From positions 2,880,001-2,944,000 of the forward strand of contig JASGHJ010000002.1 of NCBI GenBank assembly GCA_047602405.1: 64,000 nt of DNA, in the 5' to 3' direction. The DNA is from Anaeromyxobacteraceae bacterium. GTDB taxonomy: Bacteria; Myxococcota; Myxococcia; Myxococcales; Anaeromyxobacteraceae. A program made the translations under genes and the position numbers. The notes under the pieces were generated by a model that worked only from the letters and a program-made list of their open reading frames with translations, did no database searches and was not told the origin of the DNA. Of this stretch, positions 15,517 to 24,851 are shown piece by piece (the stretch's first letter is position 1; each line of letters opens with the position of its first letter).

Positions 15517-15599
15517 TTGCCGTCAACGCCCGGCTCGAAACCCTACCCAACCGCCCTGCCCCACACCAGCCCTCGCCGCGGGGGGCCCCCGCGAGACGA

Positions 15600-16781
15600 T
15601 CACCGGAAGTCGTAGCGGAGCCGCACCCGGAAGGACGTCAGGTCGTTCTCCCAGGCGGTGTTCGCGTCGACGTCCTGGAGCTGCGCGCGGCTGAAGCCCA
15701 CGACCGCCTTCACCGAGAGCCCCTCGATCGGCAGCTTGTACTGCGCGGCCACGAACGCCTGGTGGTGCTTGTCGTGGTCGCCCTTCTTGAGGTCGTCCTG
15801 GGTGAAGTGGTAGCCGCCGCCCAGCAGGAGGTCGCCGATCCAGCCCTCGGCGAAGCCGCCGAAGGTCTTGCCGTCGAGCGTCTTGTTCGCGTCGACGAGG
15901 CCGTCGATCTGGGTCGCGTCCACCGACATGAGCGTCGCGTTGGCGCCGACGGTCACGTTCGCGATGCGGTACTGGAGCCGGCCCGAGAAGCCCTTCGTGG
16001 TCTGCTCGACCTTGTTGTTGTCGGCCTGCGGCGACTCCTTGAAGTACTCGTAGCCGCCGACGAAGGTGAAGCCATACCCGCGCAGGGCGAGCACCGGCCG
16101 GATGCCGAGCTTGTTCTGCTCGGACTGCTGGCCGTAGACGCCGCCGAGCTCGAGGGCGGCCCACTCCGCCGGGTACCAGTGCGCGGCGAGCTGGCTGGGC
16201 TCGTCCATGTAGCCGAGCGCGGACTCCAGGCGGTGCATCGGCGGGCCGCCGAGCGCACCGGCCTCCTCGGCCGCGTACCGGTCGAAGCCCATGCCGCGGT
16301 AGTACGGCTCCCAGCCCAGGAACCGGCCCACCTGCACGTCCCAGGTCCGCTGGCCGATGCGCAGGAAGGCGTCCTGCGTGTGGGGCTCGTACTGGGACTT
16401 CGTGAACTCGTTGTCCATCGCCACGAACTGGGCCCGGGCCTCGGCGAAGAGCGCGCCGAGCTCGCGGCGGTACTGCACGCCGAGCACGAGGCGGCCCTGC
16501 CCGTAGTTCGCGCCCTGGTCGTAGGCGCCGGACTGCGTGTTGTTACGGGAGAGGTAGCCGACGTCGTACCAGGTGTAGCCGGACAGCCGGAGCGGCCCGG
16601 ACGGCGCCCAGGTCGGCACGGTGTACGAGTCGGTCTCCTCGCCCGGCCGGCCGGCCTCGCCGCCCCAGAAGGTGATGCGGGGGTCGGTGACGACCGGCGC
16701 GGCGGCGGGCTCCTCGGCGCGGACGGCCGGGGCGGCGAGCAGGACGGCCAGCGCGGCGGCCCACGTGATCTTGGCGTTCAT
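15600..16781 (-). CDS. outer-membrane beta-barrel porin-like protein
   Basis: Signal peptide ending AVRA/EE, alternating amphipathic strands, aromatic C-terminus RVRLRYDFR. Confidence 0.75.
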   Translation of the reverse strand: MNAKITWAAALAVLLAAPAVRAEEPAAAPVVTDPRITFWGGEAGRPGEETDSYTVPTWAPSGPLRLSGYTWYDVGYLSRNNTQSGAYDQGANYGQGRLVLGVQYRRELGALFAEARAQFVAMDNEFTKSQYEPHTQDAFLRIGQRTWDVQVGRFLGWEPYYRGMGFDRYAAEEAGALGGPPMHRLESALGYMDEPSQLAAHWYPAEWAALELGGVYGQQSEQNKLGIRPVLALRGYGFTFVGGYEYFKESPQADNNKVEQTTKGFSGRLQYRIANVTVGANATLMSVDATQIDGLVDANKTLDGKTFGGFAEGWIGDLLLGGGYHFTQDDLKKGDHDKHHQAFVAAQYKLPIEGLSVKAVVGFSRAQLQDVDANTAWENDLTSFRVRLRYDFR

Positions 16782-16808
16782 GGTGCGTGTCTCCCGAGGT
16801 GTCCCGCC

Positions 16809-19127
16809 CTACTGGACGGTGAACGTGCTGGTCTTGGTGTTGGCGTCGGTCGTGTCGGAGGACGGGCCGACCCAGAGCGGGTACTCCATCTTCTCGACGG
16901 TCATCGCCTTCGTGGCCGTGTTCCAGTAGGCGAGATCCGCCACCTTCACGGTGAGCGTCACGGTCTCCGACGCGTCCGGGGCGAGCGTCCCGGTGCGGCC
17001 GAAGGCGGCGAGCGTCTTCTTCGGGCGCCCCCAGGTGTCGTTGACCGCGGTGTTCCCGAAGCCGACGTAGAGCTGGACCACCTCGGCGCCCGCCACCGGC
17101 CCGGTGTTCTTCACGTCGACCTTCACCGTCACGGTGCCGTCGGCGGCGGCCGTGGGGGTCACGACCTGGAGGTTCGAGTACGCGAAGGTCGTGTAGCTCT
17201 GGCCGAAGCCGAAGGGGAAGAGCGGGGTCTTGTTCGCGCGATCGAGGTACCGGTACCCGTGGTAGTAGGAGTACTGGACGTCACCGATGGCGGCGTTGTC
17301 GAAGGCCGGGAGGTCCGACTCCGCCACCGGGAAGCTCTGGACCACCTTGCCGGACGGGTTGACGTCGCCGAACACGAGCTCGCCGAGGGCGGTGCCCTCG
17401 CGCATGCCGGCGAACCAGACCATGAAGACCGCGTCGACCGAGTCGATCCAGGGCTTCATGACCACCGCGCCGCCGCTCTTCACGAGCACCACGATCTTGA
17501 GCGAGGGCTTCGCCGCCTTCATGGCGATGACGGCGTTCAGGTTGTCGATGTCCCGCTGGGGCAGCGACATCGAGACGCGGTCCTTCCACTCGCCCTCCTC
17601 GCCGGCGGAGGAGCGGGCGAGGTCGGCGTAGTAGTACGCGCCCACCACGAAGACCACGTCGGAGGCCTGGATGGAGGTCTCGTTCCCCTGCACGAACTCG
17701 TAGGTCAGCGCGCACTTCGCCTGGCCGCCGCAGGAGGTCTTGGAGGTGTTGGTCGCGCCGAGGGCGTCGTAGAGCCCCTCGTACGGCGTGAACACGAGCG
17801 AGGAGTCCACGACCTTCGCGTCGGACGAGCCCTTGTCGCCCATGTTCTCCGAGTTCGCGAACTTGCCGACCACCGCGATCCGGTTCACCGCGGCGCGGGA
17901 GAGCGGCAGCACGTCGTCGGCGAGCGCCCGGGTCGGGCCGTTCCGGAGCAGCACGATGCCCTGCTCGGCCACGGTCTGGGTGAGCAGCTGCGCGTCATCG
18001 GCCTTCGTGAGCCACGGCGCCCAGTCCGCCTCCTTCGCCCACTTGTCGATCACGCCGAAGTGGACCTTCGCGTAGAGGATCCGGAGCACCGCCTCGTCGA
18101 TGAGGGCCTCGTCGACCTTGCCCTGCTCGACCGCGGTCTGCAGGAGGTTGCCGTAGAAGTAGGCGGAGTCGAAGATCGTCGGGAACGCGCCGGAGCTGAA
18201 CGGCATCTCGATGTCGAGGCCGGCCGCCGGCGAGGTGAGGGTCGCGCCCTTCGCGAACCAGTCGGAGACGACCCAGCCCTGGTAGCCCCACTCGCCCTTC
18301 AGGATGTCCCGCACCATGGCCTTCGAGTAGCCGGAGTAGCTCCCGTTGACGCGGTTGTAGGAGGCCATGACGCACGAGACGCCGGCGTCGGAGGCCTTCT
18401 TGAAGTGCGGCAGGTACACCTCGCGCAGCGTCCGCTCGTCGAGGACCGCGTTCACGTAGATGCGGGTGTCCTCGATGTTGTTCGCCGCGAGGTGCTTCGC
18501 GCAGGCCTGGATCCGGTAGTCGGCGGGGTTCTCGGGCGTCGCCTGGGCGCCGGCGATGAAGGCCTCGCCCATGACGCCGAGGAGGTGGCTGTCCTCGCCG
18601 TAGCTCTCCTGGGCGCGGCCCCAGCGCGGGTGCGTGACCTGGTTGATGGTCGGCGCGAGGAGGACGTGGCGCCCGAGGTACCGCATCTCGTCCGCCTCGA
18701 CCTTGCCGATGGCCGTCTCGAGCGACGGGTTCCAGGTGGACGCCCGGGCCTCGGCGACCGGGAAGACGGTCGTGCCGTAGTCCGAGTTCATCCAGCGCAC
18801 GCCGCGCGGGCCGTCCATGAAGCGGTACCCGGGGACCGAGAGGCGGGCGTTGTCCTCCTGGTCGAACATGTTGTTCGGGTTGTAGGCGGGCCCGGACATC
18901 TGCTGGACCTTCTCCACCAGCGTCATCTGGCGGAGGAGGTCCTTCGCACGAACCACCTCGGGGTCCTCGCAGGGCAGCCCGACCTTCTTGATGGCGGCGT
19001 CGCAGAGGTCGGGGCCGGGGCCTTCCTTGTTGATCGGGTGCGGACCCCAGGGCTCCCCGCAGCCCACGGCGGCGAGCGCCGCCGCGAGGCCGAGGGCGTG
19101 GACGAGGTGGTTCGTGCGCGTGGTCAT
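16809..19127 (-). CDS. GH3 beta-glucosidase (BglX-like) lipoprotein with C-terminal Fn3-like domain
   Basis: Lipobox AAVGC; DGPRG, WGRAQESYGED, CAKHLA, MASYN, VSDW nucleophile, GEGEWKDR, PLFPFGFGQSYT, EVVQLY. Confidence 0.95.
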   Translation of the reverse strand: MTTRTNHLVHALGLAAALAAVGCGEPWGPHPINKEGPGPDLCDAAIKKVGLPCEDPEVVRAKDLLRQMTLVEKVQQMSGPAYNPNNMFDQEDNARLSVPGYRFMDGPRGVRWMNSDYGTTVFPVAEARASTWNPSLETAIGKVEADEMRYLGRHVLLAPTINQVTHPRWGRAQESYGEDSHLLGVMGEAFIAGAQATPENPADYRIQACAKHLAANNIEDTRIYVNAVLDERTLREVYLPHFKKASDAGVSCVMASYNRVNGSYSGYSKAMVRDILKGEWGYQGWVVSDWFAKGATLTSPAAGLDIEMPFSSGAFPTIFDSAYFYGNLLQTAVEQGKVDEALIDEAVLRILYAKVHFGVIDKWAKEADWAPWLTKADDAQLLTQTVAEQGIVLLRNGPTRALADDVLPLSRAAVNRIAVVGKFANSENMGDKGSSDAKVVDSSLVFTPYEGLYDALGATNTSKTSCGGQAKCALTYEFVQGNETSIQASDVVFVVGAYYYADLARSSAGEEGEWKDRVSMSLPQRDIDNLNAVIAMKAAKPSLKIVVLVKSGGAVVMKPWIDSVDAVFMVWFAGMREGTALGELVFGDVNPSGKVVQSFPVAESDLPAFDNAAIGDVQYSYYHGYRYLDRANKTPLFPFGFGQSYTTFAYSNLQVVTPTAAADGTVTVKVDVKNTGPVAGAEVVQLYVGFGNTAVNDTWGRPKKTLAAFGRTGTLAPDASETVTLTVKVADLAYWNTATKAMTVEKMEYPLWVGPSSDTTDANTKTSTFTVQ

Positions 19128-19139
19128 CGCTTTCTCGCT

Positions 19140-21743
19140 CTAGAAGCTGTTGGTCTGGATGCCGAAGCCGCGGACGAGGGTCGCGTCCTGGCCGTCACCC
19201 GCGACGTCCGGGAGCTGCGAGCCAGCGGTCGCGTCGGAGGCCGGGAGGCCCACCGGCAGCTTGCCGCGGCCGTTCACGATGCCGAACGCGACGTCCATGG
19301 CGACCTTGTCGGAGTGCTGGTTGGCCGGGAGGATCCCCATCCAGTCGATGTAGAGGCCGCTGATCCCGAGGGCCGCGGCCTGGAGCTCGCTCACGACGAG
19401 CGGCCGGCCCGCGTCGACGAACACGACGATCTGTGCCTGCGAGGCGGGGCCGCCGCCGGAGTTCGTCGCCCACCAGGTGATGGCGTCGCGCGCCTCCTGG
19501 ACCGGCGCCAGGACGGTCGCGTCCGTGGCGCCGTAGGTGAGCGCCGGCGTCGGGAGGCTGAGCGCGCCCGCGTCGGAGTCCGCCGCGAAAGGCGCCGCGA
19601 TGCGGACGAGGACGTAGTCGGAGAGCGCGAGCCGCTGCTTGCGGGCGACCACCGGGTCCGAGGAGATGGTGAATTCCTTCACCTTCGGGGCGTCGTTGTT
19701 CATCGTCCCGTAGCCGGCGGACACCGAGCGCACGTAGTCGAGGTCGAAGTCGCCGGAGATGAAGTAGTCGCAGCCCGCAGCGACGTACGGCTCGCCCGGA
19801 GGCGCCGGGAGCACCTTCATCGTCCCGTTGCCCGCGTTGCCCTTGTCGCCCGTCTGGTGCCCGTCGCCCTTCAGCGGATCGCCGTTCAGCCAGCCCGCAG
19901 GCTTGTCCTTGTTGACGAGCAGCACCATGCCGCGGTTCATCGCGTCGAGGCCGGCCTGGAAGGCCGTGTCGGCGCCGACGAGCGTGGGCGCCAGCGCGGC
20001 GTCGACGTACGGGTTCTCGAACAGGCCGAGCTGGAACGTCACGGCGAGCACGTGGGTGGCCGCCGCCGTCACCTGGGCGTCGGACAGCCCGGCCGCGGCG
20101 AGGTCGGTGGTCGCGTTGACGCCGAGGAACTGGTCGACCCCCGCGCCCACCGCCTTCGCGATGCGCTGGGCCTTCGTCGAGCCCTCCATGCCCCAGGGCG
20201 CGCCGAGCGGGGCGACGCCGGCGTCGTTGAGGATGCCCGCCGGCGCGAGCACGAGGCCGCCGAAGGAGAAGTGGTTGCGGAGGACCGAGGTGACGATCGT
20301 CGAGTTGTAGGACGAGGCGACCTGCTCGATCGTCGAGCCGTTGACCGCGCCGGAGAGCCCGGTCCACGCGCCCTGCTTCGGCACGCCGTAGCCGGTCATG
20401 ACGCCGGCCACGCCCGCGCCGAAGGCGCCCTGGAACGCGTTCACGTGGTCGTCGAACTTGGTCGAGTAGCCGTAGTACTTGCCCTTCGAGAGGCGGGCGT
20501 CGAAGCCGTCCGCGGCCGGACCCGCGCCGGGGAAGTGGCCGACGACCGCGGCGACGCCGGTCGAGGAGAGCGCGGTGCCCTGCAGGCCCTTGACCAGGGC
20601 CGCCGCCATCGCCGACACCGAGGCGGAGTCCTCGCCGAAGGTGAACTGCGAGCTCTGGAGCCGCGGGTCGGTGGCGAGATCGGCGGGGACCGAGAGCGCC
20701 ATGGTGATGCCGATGGCGCGGTACTCCTTCGCGACGATCTTGCCGTAGTTCTCGACGAGGGCGAGGTCGCCCGTGGCGCCCAGCGCGAGCTCGTTCGGCC
20801 ACTGCGTGAAGCGATTCGCCTTCACCCGGCCGTTGCCGGTCTGGTGCGCGGCCTCGCTCGAGAGGACGAACGGCACGCCCCAGGTCGCGGCCTCGGCGCG
20901 CTCCTGGATCGCGTTGGCCCAGGTCGCGCGGTTACCCACGCCGGCCGTGTTCGCGGTGGTCTGGCCGAAGCGGATGCCGGCGTCGACGATGGCGAGCGTG
21001 CCGGCGGACGGCGTGGCGCTCGAGATGGTGTCGGAGAGGGAGGCGTGGGCGAGGAGCGCGAGCTTCTGCGCGGTGGTCATGCGGGAGGCGAGGTCGGCGG
21101 CGCGAACCGCGGCGCCCTTCGTCCAGTCCTCGTAGGGCTGCAGGGCGGCGTCACCGGACGCGTCCTTGAAGTCGAGGGAGACCGAGCACTGCACGCTCGG
21201 GTCGCCCGCGACGCTCGCGAAGGTGGTGCTGGTGGTGAGCTTCGCCTTGTGGCCGGTGCCCGTGCCGACCTTGATGACCGGCTGGGCGGCGATGAGCGCG
21301 TTCTTCTTCGCGACGTTGGCGGCCTTGTCGCACTCCGCCGTCCCCGTGCCGACGCAGAGGTTGTTCGTGCAGGCCTGGCTGGCGCCGCAGTCGGCGACCT
21401 TGTGGCAGGTCGTGCCGGGGGTCGTCTCGGGGACGCAGGTGCTCGCGCTGCCGCAGTACTGCTGCGCGGGGCAGTCGGTGTGCAGCGTGCAGGTCGGAGC
21501 CGGCGCGGTGCAGACGTGGCTCTGGCAGGTCTTCGGCGAGGCGCAGTCGACCGCGCGGTTGCAGTCGACGCCCGGGTTCGGGAACGCGGTGCAGGTCCCG
21601 CTCGCCGAGCAGAACTTCTGCGCGGCGCAGTTGTCGTCCGAGGTGCACTCCGGCCCGACGGGGTCGGGGCCGCCACCACCGCCGCAGGCCGCGAGGCCCG
21701 AGAGTGCCGCCACCGCGATGAGCCAACCGAGTCTCTTCGTCAT
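19140..21743 (-). CDS. GH3-fold lipoprotein with Cys-rich N-terminal repeats; catalytic motifs degenerate
   Basis: Lipobox LAAC; YEDW, WPNELALGA, FTFGED, GLFENPYVD, GKLPVGLP; KHF is GHF and the SDW region reads LAPA. Confidence 0.85.
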   Translation of the reverse strand: MTKRLGWLIAVAALSGLAACGGGGGPDPVGPECTSDDNCAAQKFCSASGTCTAFPNPGVDCNRAVDCASPKTCQSHVCTAPAPTCTLHTDCPAQQYCGSASTCVPETTPGTTCHKVADCGASQACTNNLCVGTGTAECDKAANVAKKNALIAAQPVIKVGTGTGHKAKLTTSTTFASVAGDPSVQCSVSLDFKDASGDAALQPYEDWTKGAAVRAADLASRMTTAQKLALLAHASLSDTISSATPSAGTLAIVDAGIRFGQTTANTAGVGNRATWANAIQERAEAATWGVPFVLSSEAAHQTGNGRVKANRFTQWPNELALGATGDLALVENYGKIVAKEYRAIGITMALSVPADLATDPRLQSSQFTFGEDSASVSAMAAALVKGLQGTALSSTGVAAVVGHFPGAGPAADGFDARLSKGKYYGYSTKFDDHVNAFQGAFGAGVAGVMTGYGVPKQGAWTGLSGAVNGSTIEQVASSYNSTIVTSVLRNHFSFGGLVLAPAGILNDAGVAPLGAPWGMEGSTKAQRIAKAVGAGVDQFLGVNATTDLAAAGLSDAQVTAAATHVLAVTFQLGLFENPYVDAALAPTLVGADTAFQAGLDAMNRGMVLLVNKDKPAGWLNGDPLKGDGHQTGDKGNAGNGTMKVLPAPPGEPYVAAGCDYFISGDFDLDYVRSVSAGYGTMNNDAPKVKEFTISSDPVVARKQRLALSDYVLVRIAAPFAADSDAGALSLPTPALTYGATDATVLAPVQEARDAITWWATNSGGGPASQAQIVVFVDAGRPLVVSELQAAALGISGLYIDWMGILPANQHSDKVAMDVAFGIVNGRGKLPVGLPASDATAGSQLPDVAGDGQDATLVRGFGIQTNSF

Positions 21744-21824
21744 GTCCTCGTCTCCTCGCTGCTGCTTCGGTGTCGGCGCGGGGGGCGCCGAGCGTCGGGT
21801 TCTTCCGCCTTCCCGGCTCCGCGG

Positions 21825-21857
21825 CCCCCCTCCCCCGCGTTGGCGGGTGGAGGGGGG
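21825..21857. repeat. GC-rich hairpin (REP- or terminator-like) between GH3 genes
   Basis: CCCCCCTCC-CCCGC...GCGGG-T-GGAGGGGGG inverted repeat. Confidence 0.45.
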
Positions 21858-21958
21858 CCCCGGGGCCGCGGAGAGGGCGCCCACGTCAGGAGTCCGGGCT
21901 CCCCGGCGTGGCGCGCCTTCTCCGGCGGCTTTGCTGCTACTGCACCTTCACGTGCGGG

Positions 21959-24616
21959 CTAGTTGCTCGGGAGCGCCGAGCCGGTGCCCGTGACGAAGAG
22001 CGGGAAGTACGAGTCGTTCGGCAGGTCCTCGTACTGCTCGTTCACGGCCTTCTCGTCCCGCGGGAACTCGACCGGGAGCCGGGCCGCGCCGTAGGCGTAG
22101 CCGGCCGGGGTCGTCGGCACGTTCTTGTTGAAGAGGAAGTCGAGGACCGCGCGGTCGTACGCGCCGAACTCGACGAGGAACGTGTCCACGCCGGCGTGGG
22201 CCGTGGCGGTGGTCGTGGTGACCTGGCTCGGGTTGACGTTCGTGCCGTCCCAGAGGACGGGGTAGCAGAGCTCCTTCGCGGCGTCGCTGCCCGCGGCGTC
22301 GCAGCCCACGCGCTCGTCGAGCGTCTTGAGCCCGTTGATGAAGGGCGTCACCGGGCTCGGGCGGTCCATGTGCATCACGAGGACGATGCGGAGCGTGGAC
22401 TTCGCGGCCGGGACGACCGTGCCGTCCGCCTTCTTGTAGCCGTCGCGGATGCGGAAGAGGTCGATGACCTTCTGCGCGTCCTTGACGGCCGGGGCGCGGC
22501 CGGAGTCGTTGTTGAGGCCGGGGTACGGCGCGTCGAACGAGAGCGGAACGCCCGCGTCGAGGCCGGAGTAGGTGCCCTTGCGCGCCGTGATGCGAAGGAC
22601 GGCGATGTCGGCGTCCGCAGCGGTCGCGGCGGCGACGATCGGGAGCTTGAAGCCGGCGGTGCCGGCCGTGCCAGCGCCCGCGGCGCGGTAGTCGTAGTCG
22701 GCCGCGAGGACCGGCGAGAGCCCCGCGAGGGCGTTGATGGGCGCCGTGCTGTAGCGGTCGGGGCCGTTGAGCGCGTCGGCGACGCCGTCGAAGAACACCT
22801 CGACGCTGCCGTCCTTGTCGGCGTCGGAGGCGAACTCACCCACGTCGGGCGCGCCGGCCGTGCCGCCGGCCACGTCGGTGTAGCGGCTCTGCGAGATCGG
22901 GAGCCGACCCGGGTTCGTGGTGCCCGCGTTCTGGACGAGGACGATCGCCTTCTTCTGCGCGTCGAAGCCGTTCTGCATGGCCTCGGCGTTGCGGGCGAGG
23001 GCGGTGGTGGCGTCGCTCGTGTACGGGTTCTCGAAGAGGCCGAGCTTGAACGTCATCTCGAGGATCTTCGTCGCCGCGCCGTTGATCTCGGCCTCGGTGA
23101 GGAAGCCCTGGTCGTAGGCGGCCTGGACGATCGTGACGGAGTCGGAGCCGAGCTGGTGCGAGCCGGCCTTCACGAAGATCGCCGCGCGCTCGGGCTGGCT
23201 GAGCGCCTCGACGCCGAAGGCGGCGCCGGACATCGTGCCCCAGTCGGAGGTGACCATGCCGTCGAAGCCGAGCTCGTTCTTCAGGAGCCGGGTGATCATG
23301 CCGTAGGAGAACGCCGTGCCGTACTGCTCCGGGTTCCACTCGTAGATGCCCTTCTCGATCGAGTAGCAGGGCATGACGGCGGCGGCGCCGGCGTCGATGG
23401 CGTACGTGAAGGGCTTCACGTGGTTGTCGAAGTTGCCGCCCGGGTAGACGTTGTACTTGCCGCGGTAGCCGTGGGAGTCACGGCCGTCCTCGTCGGGGCC
23501 GGCGCCGGGGAAGTGCTTCATGGTCGCCGCGATGCCGCCGCGGAGGCCGCCCGCCTTGCCGGCCTGGAAGCCGAGGATGACCTCCTTGCCGATCTTGCCG
23601 ACGTGGTCGGGCTGCTCGCCGAACATCGTGATGAAGCGCGCCCAGCGGGGCTCGGTCGCGGAGTCCATCATCGGGCCGAGCTGCCAGCGGAAGCCGATGC
23701 CCATGAAGTCCTTGCGGACCGTGTCACCGTACTGGAACGCGACGTCCGCGCTGTTGATCGCGCCGAGGCCCATCGGGTTCGGCCACTGCGAGACGGCCGG
23801 GGTGATCGAGAGCGTCTGGACGCCGGCGGTCGAGGTGGACTGGGTCACGAAGTGGACCGGGTCCGCGGTGATGGCGAACGGGATGCCCCACTTCGAGCCC
23901 TCGACGATCGCCTGGAGGTTGTTGACGTAGGTCTGGTACTGCGTCGGGGTGATGTCCGCGAGGCGGATGAGCGCCTGGCGGCGGTTCTCGACGAAGAGCG
24001 CGTTGATCGTCGACTGGACGAAGATGCCGTCGGTCGTGCCGGAGCCGATGGAGCCCGCCTCGCCCATCAGGCCGGTCTTCTCCTTCACGGCCATGCGGGC
24101 GACGAGGTCCTTCGCGCGGCAGACGTCGGAGTAGCGCCAGTCCTCGTACTTCTCGAGGGTGCCGTTCGCGTTCAGGTCGCGGAACTGGAGCCCGTCCACG
24201 GTGATGGCGCTCTTCTTCGTGAAGGGCACCTCGACCGCGGCGGTCGCCGTGTTGGCGTCGTCGTCGTAGGTGTAGGCGGCCGCGTTGGCGCCGAGCACCT
24301 TGCCGCTCGGCGCGATGCGGCCCGCCGTGGCGGTCGCCGCGGCGAAGTCGACCGCGAACTTGAGGGTGGGCTGGACGGTGTTGACCTTCACCGTGCAGGG
24401 ATCGACCGGCTCGGGCGTGACCGAGGCGACGCAGACGCCCGCCTTGCAGGTCTGGCCCGTCGGGCAGAGGCCGATCGGGTAGTCCAGGCTGCACGCCGGG
24501 ATCTCACCGGGGACGGGGACGGGCACTTCGACGGTCTTGACCTCGGTCTCGGTACAGGCGGCGAGGCCGAGCGCGAGCAGCGCGGCCATGCCGATCCTCT
24601 GAATCGTGACTCGCAT
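21959..24616 (-). CDS. GH3 glycoside hydrolase lipoprotein
   Basis: Lipobox LAAC; FRDLNANGTLEKYEDWR, ATEPRWAR, MKHFPGAGP, VTSDWG, GLFENPY. Confidence 0.92.
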   Translation of the reverse strand: MRVTIQRIGMAALLALGLAACTETEVKTVEVPVPVPGEIPACSLDYPIGLCPTGQTCKAGVCVASVTPEPVDPCTVKVNTVQPTLKFAVDFAAATATAGRIAPSGKVLGANAAAYTYDDDANTATAAVEVPFTKKSAITVDGLQFRDLNANGTLEKYEDWRYSDVCRAKDLVARMAVKEKTGLMGEAGSIGSGTTDGIFVQSTINALFVENRRQALIRLADITPTQYQTYVNNLQAIVEGSKWGIPFAITADPVHFVTQSTSTAGVQTLSITPAVSQWPNPMGLGAINSADVAFQYGDTVRKDFMGIGFRWQLGPMMDSATEPRWARFITMFGEQPDHVGKIGKEVILGFQAGKAGGLRGGIAATMKHFPGAGPDEDGRDSHGYRGKYNVYPGGNFDNHVKPFTYAIDAGAAAVMPCYSIEKGIYEWNPEQYGTAFSYGMITRLLKNELGFDGMVTSDWGTMSGAAFGVEALSQPERAAIFVKAGSHQLGSDSVTIVQAAYDQGFLTEAEINGAATKILEMTFKLGLFENPYTSDATTALARNAEAMQNGFDAQKKAIVLVQNAGTTNPGRLPISQSRYTDVAGGTAGAPDVGEFASDADKDGSVEVFFDGVADALNGPDRYSTAPINALAGLSPVLAADYDYRAAGAGTAGTAGFKLPIVAAATAADADIAVLRITARKGTYSGLDAGVPLSFDAPYPGLNNDSGRAPAVKDAQKVIDLFRIRDGYKKADGTVVPAAKSTLRIVLVMHMDRPSPVTPFINGLKTLDERVGCDAAGSDAAKELCYPVLWDGTNVNPSQVTTTTATAHAGVDTFLVEFGAYDRAVLDFLFNKNVPTTPAGYAYGAARLPVEFPRDEKAVNEQYEDLPNDSYFPLFVTGTGSALPSN

Positions 24617-24708
24617 CTAGGAGCTCCTTCGGTGAGAAGCGGTTGCGCTGCGGGACGCCCGGAATTGTGGCGCAGCGTGCCCGGTGTGCGTGCAGCGGGC
24701 TTCCCGGT

Positions 24709-24736
24709 TCTTGATCTTTCGTTTTCGGTTTCTTGC
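24709..24736 (-). promoter_or_regulatory. conserved upstream motif GCAAGAAACC...CGAAAGATCAAGA (probable AraC operator)
   Basis: The same motif recurs upstream of the paralog at 27726-27762. Confidence 0.6.
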
Positions 24737-24851
24737 AGCTGGGGCCCGAACCCGGAGCCGCGTGGCTGCGCTGCGTCACCACACCGAAAAGAACGAGGGC
24801 CGGCGCGGCGCAGGACTTGCGCCGGCCGGCCCCGTTCAACCCACCGTCAGG

